12,040 nt of DNA from an uncultured archaeon. Lineage in GTDB: Archaea > Iainarchaeota > Iainarchaeia > Iainarchaeales > CSSED10-239. The DNA lies in assembly GCA_964586355.1 (NCBI GenBank), contig CAZPGO010000052.1, positions 1 to 12,040 on the forward strand. The letters are read 5' to 3'. The translations under genes were made by a program, and so were the position numbers. Below are positions 6,879-12,040 of this stretch, in pieces. Below the pieces are notes generated by a model. That model was given only the letters and a program-made list of their open reading frames with translations, searched no databases and was not told where the DNA came from. Each line of letters opens with the position of its first letter. The first letter of the stretch is position 1.

Positions 6879-6902
6879 CACTTTTTTTTTAAAAATAGAA
6901 AT
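6879..6902. terminator. T9/A5 tract between the end of the glycan operon and the 3' end of the convergent tRNA
   Basis: CACTTTTTTTTTAAAAATAGAAAT gives an oligo-T run on the plus strand. On the minus strand it gives ATTTCTATTTTT directly after the tRNA discriminator. Confidence 0.35.
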
Positions 6903-7068
6903 TGGGGACACTGGGATTCGAACCCAGGTCAACAGGTTTCTCCTTATTTTTTCTAAATTTCTTACAAAATTTAGCAAACCTGTTTATCTTCAGTCATCTG
7001 TTTTTAAAAAACATCCTGTTTATGTAATCTGGAGCCTGCTAGGCTAGACCTGACTACCCTATGTCCCC
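6903..7068 (-). tRNA. tRNA-Trp (anticodon CCA) interrupted by a 91-nt intron at the canonical 37/38 position
   Basis: Hand-folded cloverleaf: acceptor GGGGACA/UGUCCCC, U8, D stem GGGU/GCCU with G18G19, anticodon stem GCAGG/CCUGU, loop CU-CCA-GA, T arm CUGGG-UUCGAAU-CCCAG, discriminator A73, no encoded CCA. G1-C72 plus A73 is the archaeal/eukaryal Trp identity set. Confidence 0.85.
6938..7028 (-). ncRNA. tRNA-Trp intron with canonical bulge-helix-bulge splice motif and C/D-box-like elements
   Basis: The central 4-bp helix CUCC (nt 32-35, 7031-7034) pairs with GGAG (6940-6943). It is flanked by 3-nt bulges AG|A (7028-7030) and AA|A (6937-6939). The intron contains AGAUGA+CUGA (6990-6999), an 8-bp hairpin (6953-6974), and a 9-nt complement to the 3' exon (6976-6984 vs 6931-6939). 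Confidence 0.7.
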
Positions 7069-7189
7069 ATAATAGGTAATATATTTATTGTTTAGTAAGC
7101 TTTTTATATCTTCCCACAATTTTCTAGAACTAAATTAAAAGCCTTTATTAATATTTTTGTGGATATATTTATTATTAAAAAGATTTGTT

Positions 7190-8161
7190 ATGAAATTGAA
7201 TTATAATAAAAACCTATCAATTACAAATAAAAAAGAAGTTGTTGCTATTGATAAGTGTAGAAAATCAAAAACTTTAGAAAAATCTTTAACTTCTCATGCA
7301 CATTCAGATCATTTTTTAAAAACAAATAGTTTAATGTCTAGTTTTGAAACAAAAGAAATTATTGAAAAAACGTTTAATGAAGAACTAGATATTGAGCCAT
7401 TTACAAAAAAAAAAGAAATAATTGAAGATGTTTTTGTAACTCCTCTTAATGCTGGTCATATTCTAGGAAGTAATATGTTTCTTTTTGAAAATAGTTGTGG
7501 TTCTATTCTTTACACAGGAGATTTTAAGACCAGTAATTCTTTATTGTTTAAGGGTGCAAAAGCAACATATGCTGACACTTTAATAATAGAATCCACTTTT
7601 GGTAAAGATAAGTATATCTTCCCAAATAGAGATCAAGTTTATTTAGATTTTTCTGAAAAAATCTCTAGAGATCTAAAAGAAAATAAACTTGTTTTAATTG
7701 GTGGTTATTCTCTAGGAAAATCTCAAGAGCTAATAAAATTTGTAAATGTTTATTTAAAAGAGGCTCCTGCTGTTACAAAAAAGATTTTTGATAATTCAAA
7801 AATTTATGAGAATTTCAATCTAAGTTTAGGAAAATATGATCTTATTGATTCTAATAACTGTAATAATATTTTTATTGTTCCAAACACATTAATTACAAAA
7901 GAACTAATAAACACTCTAGAAAAACAAACAAAAAAAAAAGTAAAAGCATATGTTGCTAGTGGTTGGAATCATTACAAAGTTGCTGAATCTATTCCAATTT
8001 CTGATCATTGTGATTATGTTGATTTAATTGATTTTGTTGCAAATGTTAAACCAAAAAAGGTTTTTACAATGCACGGTTTTAGTAAAGATCTTGCAAGGTC
8101 AATAACTAAAGAATTAGGGATATTTGCTGCACCTATTGAAGAAGTAATAAAAATATATTAG
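7190..8161 (+). CDS. Short beta-CASP metallo-beta-lactamase-fold nuclease
   Basis: MBL motifs 'VAIDKC', 'SHAHSDH' (HxHxDH), 'NAGHILGS', 'YTGDF'. beta-CASP motifs 'IIESTFG' (A), 'ISDHCDY' (B), 'TMHG' (C), plus 'GYSLGKSQE' and 'ASGW'. The ORF track starts at TTG 7157. ATG 7190 ('MKLNYNK') is more plausible. Confidence 0.8.
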   Translation: MKLNYNKNLSITNKKEVVAIDKCRKSKTLEKSLTSHAHSDHFLKTNSLMSSFETKEIIEKTFNEELDIEPFTKKKEIIEDVFVTPLNAGHILGSNMFLFENSCGSILYTGDFKTSNSLLFKGAKATYADTLIIESTFGKDKYIFPNRDQVYLDFSEKISRDLKENKLVLIGGYSLGKSQELIKFVNVYLKEAPAVTKKIFDNSKIYENFNLSLGKYDLIDSNNCNNIFIVPNTLITKELINTLEKQTKKKVKAYVASGWNHYKVAESIPISDHCDYVDLIDFVANVKPKKVFTMHGFSKDLARSITKELGIFAAPIEEVIKIY

Positions 8162-8691
8162 AATAACATCCTATAATAATCCTCTAACTTTTCACTTTCA
8201 TTTCTTTGATCTGCACTATTTTTCAATAATGAGCTAATATCTTGTATCCTTTTTTTAAAATCAAAGAGATCAAAATCTTCTGTTTTGTGTTTTTTTAGTA
8301 ATAGGTTATAAATATCTTTTTGTCTTGCTTTTCCAAAAGCAGTTTTTAAAAGATTATCTTGGTTTAGTAGTTCATAGATTATTTCAATTTTAAGTTTTTC
8401 TGTTTGTAGTTCCACCACTTTTTGTCTTAGTGCTGTTAGTAGTTTTTCAGGTGTTCCTTTATTTTTTTGATCTAGGATTATTTCTTGATAATGTTTAATC
8501 TCTTCATCTACTTTTATTGTGCTTACTTTTTCTGAATTAATATTTTGTCTTTTTTCTATTAATGATATTAGATCTAATTTTTTTGTTGGGGCTATATTAT
8601 TTAGTTCTTCTAGATTTTCATTTTCTATTTTTTTTTCTTTATTAATTTTTAATTTTCTTTTAAGATTTTTAAAAAAGTTTGCTATTTTCAT
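8158..8691 (-). CDS. Lys/Glu-rich predicted coiled-coil protein, function unknown
   Basis: 177-aa ORF with GAAGGT 8 nt upstream of the ATG. Its stop overlaps the convergent beta-CASP stop in TTAG (8158-8161). No family recognised. Confidence 0.55.
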   Translation of the reverse strand: MKIANFFKNLKRKLKINKEKKIENENLEELNNIAPTKKLDLISLIEKRQNINSEKVSTIKVDEEIKHYQEIILDQKNKGTPEKLLTALRQKVVELQTEKLKIEIIYELLNQDNLLKTAFGKARQKDIYNLLLKKHKTEDFDLFDFKKRIQDISSLLKNSADQRNESEKLEDYYRMLF

Positions 8692-8849
8692 TTTTAATTA
8701 CCTTCTTTTATATCTAATATATATTTAATAAAACAAAATAGTATAAAAATGATTGTTTTTTTAAATAAATTTCTTTGTTTTGATATTTTAGCAAGTATTA
8801 AAATATATTTGTGTAATAAAATATATATTACTTAAATATTGAAACAAAA

Positions 8850-9752
8850 ATGACTACAGAAAAATCAAAAAGAATAGATCTATTCTCAGAATCTAAAAAA
8901 AATGTTTTTAAAACATATTTATTATTTTTATTGTTCTTTGCATTTATTTTCATACTTGCGATAGCAATAAAATTAATATTTAATTTCACTGGTTTTAGAA
9001 TATTAGGTATTGCAGGTTTTATTGCTATAATCTATGGAATAATAGGTTATTATGCTGGAGACAAGATAGTCCTTGCAACAAGCAGAGCAAAAGCAGCTGA
9101 TAAAAAAAAACATGTTTATTTACATAATCTAGTTGAGGGCTTAGCACTTGCAGCAAATATACCAAAACCAAAAGTATATATAATAGACGAAAAATCTCCA
9201 AATGCTTTTGCTACAGGAAGAAATCCAAAAAATGCTTCTTTGGCAGTAACTTCTGGGCTTTTAGAGATTATGGATAGGCAAGAACTTGAAGGTGTTATTG
9301 CTCATGAGCTCTCTCATATTCAAAATAGGGATATTCAAATAATGACTATTGTTTCTGTATTATTTGGAATAGTTTCAATAGTTTCAGATATTGCTTTAAG
9401 AGGTGTTATATTTGGTGCAAATTCTAGAAGAGAAAATTCTAATGGTTTAGTTTTAATTGTTGCTTTGGTCTTTATTATTCTAGCACCTATTTTTGCATTA
9501 TTAATACAGATGTCAATTTCTAGAAATAGAGAATATTTAGCAGACAGCTCAGCTGCAAAGTTAACTAGATATCCAAAAGGTCTGGCAAATGCTTTAAGAA
9601 AGATCTCAACAGTAAATAAACCAGTTACTTCTGCAAGCAAGGGCACAGCTCATATGTATATTTCAAATCCTTTATCAGCTAAAGGGCTTTCAGGGATGTT
9701 TTCTACTCATCCTCCAATTACTGAAAGAATAAGAAGACTTGAAGCTATGTAA
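8850..9752 (+). CDS. htpX: HtpX-type M48 zinc metalloprotease (membrane)
   Basis: 300 aa with two N-terminal and two central hydrophobic helices. Motifs: 'PNAFATGRNP', zinc motif 'HELSHI' (HExxH), 'REYLADSSAA' (third ligand Glu), C-terminal 'STHPPITERI'. Confidence 0.9.
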   Translation: MTTEKSKRIDLFSESKKNVFKTYLLFLLFFAFIFILAIAIKLIFNFTGFRILGIAGFIAIIYGIIGYYAGDKIVLATSRAKAADKKKHVYLHNLVEGLALAANIPKPKVYIIDEKSPNAFATGRNPKNASLAVTSGLLEIMDRQELEGVIAHELSHIQNRDIQIMTIVSVLFGIVSIVSDIALRGVIFGANSRRENSNGLVLIVALVFIILAPIFALLIQMSISRNREYLADSSAAKLTRYPKGLANALRKISTVNKPVTSASKGTAHMYISNPLSAKGLSGMFSTHPPITERIRRLEAM

Positions 9753-9787
9753 TTTCTGATAATTGGATTTTTAAAATAAGATAAATT

Positions 9788-10882
9788 ATGGAAAATTTAG
9801 ATAATACTGATAAAATCATAGAAGTTATGTTAAATGGTTTAAAAAAAAATCATAAAATAATAGATCTATTAAAAAAAATAGATCTCTCTAATATTTCTAA
9901 TCCATATAATAATGAAGAAAAGATACTTAATCCAATAAATATAGGCAAACTAAATTTTTCTGCTTGTGGTGTAGATTCTGGTTTTGCAACAAAACAACTT
10001 AATTTTGCAAATATTACAATTGTTAAGGAAGTTGGTGTTTTTTTTAAGTATTTGGATGATCAATTAGTAGATCATAAATACTATCCAAAGATATATAATC
10101 AAGCAAAACCATATTTGTCAAGTTCTTCTTTGGAGTTAGAAGAGATATTGTGGAGTTCTGGAATATTAAGATTAAATAAAGAGCTAGATTTATCTAGAGA
10201 AATAATGGATTTAGAAAATGTAAATCTTTCTCTTATTGATGGGTCAATAATTCCTCAATATATTAATAAGCCTACAAAAGAATGTAAGGAAAGAGAAGAA
10301 TATAATAAATTAATTCAAAAGTTTATGGATCTTTATAAACTTTCAAAACAAAAAAAGATCTTTTTAGTTGGATGTATTGAAGATTGTAGAGCAAATAGAT
10401 TCTTTAAAATCTTAAACGAAGAAATAAATCAAACAAAAGAGCTCTTAGAAAATTCTTCTGGTGAGTTGTTTGATTCTTTTACTGTTTTTTCTTTATTTCC
10501 TGTTAATTATAGAACAGGAGTTTTTAAGTATTCTAAGGAGCCAGAATCTCATCCTGTTCTTTGTGATTTTTCTAAAGATTTTTCTGATAATCTTTATGTT
10601 ACTTATCTTAAGTTATCAGATGTTGATTACCCTTTAAGAATTGAGTTTATTTATTTTAAAGAATTTGGATATTCTTTAAAAGAGTATACTGACAAGGTTG
10701 TTGAAATGGTTTCTGCATTATCCACTTTTAATAAAAACTATGTTTATCCAACTGTTTTAGTTGAGTCAGATATTAGAAGTAGGTTAACTATCATAGAGAT
10801 AGATCAAATAATGAGTAAAATTCTAGAAAAAACTAAAAATTTTGGTTTTAGAAATCAAAGAAGGGAGAGTAGATTGTTTTAG
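9788..10882 (+). CDS. nurA: NurA-domain 5'-3' nuclease-like protein
   Basis: 364 aa. 'FSACGVDSGF' (cf. VAIDGGS), 'LSLIDGSIIPQ' (cf. ILMDGSL), 'VGCIEDCRANRF' (cf. ISKVSRGRDLF) and 'YVYPTVLVESDIRSRL' (cf. GYPFPLLKAHMDVRFS) follow the order of the conserved NurA motifs as I recall them from Sulfolobus NurA. Confidence 0.7.
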   Translation: MENLDNTDKIIEVMLNGLKKNHKIIDLLKKIDLSNISNPYNNEEKILNPINIGKLNFSACGVDSGFATKQLNFANITIVKEVGVFFKYLDDQLVDHKYYPKIYNQAKPYLSSSSLELEEILWSSGILRLNKELDLSREIMDLENVNLSLIDGSIIPQYINKPTKECKEREEYNKLIQKFMDLYKLSKQKKIFLVGCIEDCRANRFFKILNEEINQTKELLENSSGELFDSFTVFSLFPVNYRTGVFKYSKEPESHPVLCDFSKDFSDNLYVTYLKLSDVDYPLRIEFIYFKEFGYSLKEYTDKVVEMVSALSTFNKNYVYPTVLVESDIRSRLTIIEIDQIMSKILEKTKNFGFRNQRRESRLF

Positions 10883-11217
10883 TTTTAGTTTTCTAAAGTT
10901 ATTTTGTTTTTTTAATAGGATTACCAAACTAGATCTATTAATATATGTTTATAACTAATGTTTATTATAAAATATATTTTTTGCCTTAAGATATATTTAT
11001 TGTAGTGGTTTTTATGATAGTAGTAGATTTATATTATATGACAGAAGTGTTTTCTGTATATTTGGTTGGAACCATATATTTATTAAAAAATAAATAGTTG
11101 TACATATTTTTTGTTAAAAGTTCCTTGTATTACCGCTTAGTTAAGGACTAAGTTAAAAAACCAAACCAAAATCGCTATTTCTTTAGGAAAAACAAAACCG
11201 ATCTTATTTTAATAAAG

Positions 11218-11244
11218 TCATGACATAATCATGATATAACATGA
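11218..11244 (+). promoter_or_regulatory. Three helically phased (T/A)CATGA palindromes / CATGAYAYAA direct repeats overlapping the start codon of the wHTH gene
   Basis: TCATGA at 11218-11223 and 11229-11234, ACATGA at 11239-11244, with spacing of 11 and 10 bp. The third contains ATG 11241. Confidence 0.45.
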
Positions 11245-11720
11245 CACAAAATAATGATACTTCAAATAATGGTCCAGAATCATTACTTAAAAAACAATTC
11301 TTGGAGCAATTATTAGGTCAAGAAACAATTCAGGAAGTTGGTCTTGATGATCTAATAAAAGTTCAAGAGAAGTTTAATGATCCAATGTTGTTATCAGTTT
11401 TGGTTTATAAGTTAATTGAAGAAAAGAAGCAAACAAATGAATTATTAAAAAACATAAATGAAAAATATGATAAGTTACAATTTATGTTACAGCAAAAAGC
11501 TCAAACAGAAAATGCTCCTTTGATCTCAATTCCTTCAGAGACTGATGATAAAATAATAAGTTATATTAGATCTGTTGGAAGAGCCGATGCAGAAACCATA
11601 AAAAATGAGTTTAATTACAAAGGAACAAATGCTGCTAGCCAAAGACTAAATAATTTAGTAAAAAGTGGTCATTTAAGCAAAGTTGTTTCTGGAAGAAAGG
11701 TTTATTTTTTTGTAAAATAA
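11241..11720 (+). CDS. Small winged-helix (wHTH) DNA-binding protein with N-terminal coiled-coil/acidic region
   Basis: 159 aa. The C-terminal 'DDKIISYIRSVGRADAETIKNEFNYKGTNAASQRLNNLVKSGHLSKVVSGRKVYFFV' has the helix-turn-helix-wing pattern of MarR/TrmB/ArsR-like wHTH domains. It lies upstream of a pilin-like gene. Confidence 0.55.
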   Translation: MTQNNDTSNNGPESLLKKQFLEQLLGQETIQEVGLDDLIKVQEKFNDPMLLSVLVYKLIEEKKQTNELLKNINEKYDKLQFMLQQKAQTENAPLISIPSETDDKIISYIRSVGRADAETIKNEFNYKGTNAASQRLNNLVKSGHLSKVVSGRKVYFFVK

Positions 11721-11761
11721 ATCTTAGTAAAAAATTTAACCCCCAAAAAAAACAGAATTGT

Positions 11762-11812
11762 GGAAAAAGAGAGACGCAGATATTTCCTCTTTTTTTCCCT
11801 CTTTTTTGCCTA
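11762..11812 (+). terminator. 12-bp purine/pyrimidine hairpin followed by CTCTTTTTTGCCTA
   Basis: GGAAAAAGAGAG (11762-11773) pairs with CTCTTTTTTTCC (11787-11798), with one G-U and a 13-nt loop. A T6 run follows. It lies 42 nt after the wHTH stop. Confidence 0.4.
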
Positions 11813-11826
11813 TAACAAAAATACTT

Positions 11827-11872
11827 AAAGAATAAGAGAGAGTGTATTTTTTCTCTCCTTCTTTTTTGCCTA
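11827..11872 (+). repeat. Second, imperfect purine/pyrimidine hairpin ending in the same TCTTTTTTGCCTA box, exactly 60 nt after the first
   Basis: GAGAG (11838-11842) pairs with CTCTC (11853-11857), extendable with a bulge to AAAGAATAAG / CTTCTTTTTT. TCTTTTTTGCCTA occurs at 11860-11872 versus 11800-11812. Confidence 0.35.
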
Positions 11873-11932
11873 ATTTTATTTTGAATATTTTTTTAGATAA
11901 CAATATAAATATTTCTTTCTTTTATACTTCTT

Positions 11933-12040
11933 ATGATATATAAGCGTTCTGTTTCTCCCTTAATCGCCACAATTTTATTAATAGTTGTTAGTGTAATATT
12001 AGTTACTGTTGTTTTAACTTGGGGATCAGACTTTGCAAAA
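11933..12040 (+). CDS. Archaeal type IV pilin-like protein, 5' fragment (runs off the window)
   Basis: ATG 11933 opens 36 codons to the window edge: MIYKRSVSPLIATILLIVVSVILVTVVLTWGSDFAK. 'KR(S)VSPLIATILLIVVSVIL' is the class III signal peptide / Pilin_N signature (cf. RRAVSPVIATILMVAITVVLA). It is not in the ORF track because it is truncated. Confidence 0.7.
   Translation, partial: MIYKRSVSPLIATILLIVVSVILVTVVLTWGSDFAK

Noticed and set aside
6879-7160. tRNA gene as an integration hotspot / island boundary
   Set aside because: There is no integrase, no direct repeat of the tRNA 3' half elsewhere in the window, and no compositional break on either side.
8158-8161. 4-nt TTAG overlap of convergent stop codons (beta-CASP and coiled-coil genes)
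   Set aside because: This is ordinary compaction in a dense genome. No hairpin or other structure is associated with it.
8519-8728. 69-aa plus-strand ORF opposite the coiled-coil gene
   Set aside because: It overlaps the 5' part of the 8158-8691 minus ORF and runs into its promoter region. Its Phe/Leu/Ile-rich sequence is the complement of the Lys/Glu/Asn-rich partner, so the minus-strand gene (with SD-like GAAGGT) is preferred. The choice between the two is not absolute.
9335-9646. 103-aa antisense ORF inside htpX
   Set aside because: The htpX frame carries HExxH and all family motifs. The antisense frame is a shadow.
11014-11060. Possible box C/D sRNA (ATGATAG ... ATGACAG ... CTGT)
   Set aside because: The boxes deviate from RUGAUGA/CUGA, no true CUGA is present, and the spacings do not fit the 12-nt guide architecture.
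1-12040. CRISPR arrays, rRNA genes, transposases/IS elements, toxin-antitoxin or recognisable defence systems
   Set aside because: I scanned both strands. There are no regularly spaced repeats longer than the small ones reported, no rRNA-like conserved blocks, and no ORF with integrase/transposase/Cas-like motifs.

Overview
AT-rich (by eye about 25-30 % G+C), gene-dense window that looks archaeal, probably from a small-genome DPANN-like lineage. This rests on an Alba gene, a NurA-domain nuclease, a class-III (archaeal type IV pilin) signal peptide, a tRNA-Trp with a bulge-helix-bulge intron plus G1-C72/A73 identity, and a GGTGATC Shine-Dalgarno. Order of features: albA (+); hairpin terminator; a shrunken, motif-degenerate family-B DNA polymerase homologue (-); a five-gene co-directional envelope-glycan locus (small GT2 polyprenyl-P-sugar synthase type, ArnT/PMT-like GT-C, processive QxxRW GT2 synthase, two unrecognised extracytoplasmic proteins); intron-containing tRNA-Trp(CCA) (-); short beta-CASP metallo-beta-lactamase nuclease (+); coiled-coil hypothetical (-); HtpX M48 protease (+); NurA-like nuclease (+); a 358-nt non-coding gap; a small winged-helix protein (+); twin purine/pyrimidine hairpins; and the 5' end of a pilin-like gene that the ORF track missed. 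I found no CRISPR array, rRNA, transposase or integrase. The most interesting items are the mini-PolB, the glycan synthase locus with its uncharacterised partners, the tRNA-Trp intron with C/D-like elements and exon complementarity, a conserved GT2 N-terminus with no canonical start codon, phased TCATGA repeats over the start of the wHTH gene, and an apparent excess of GATC/AGATCT. All homology statements come from by-eye motif recognition and need profile or structure searches.
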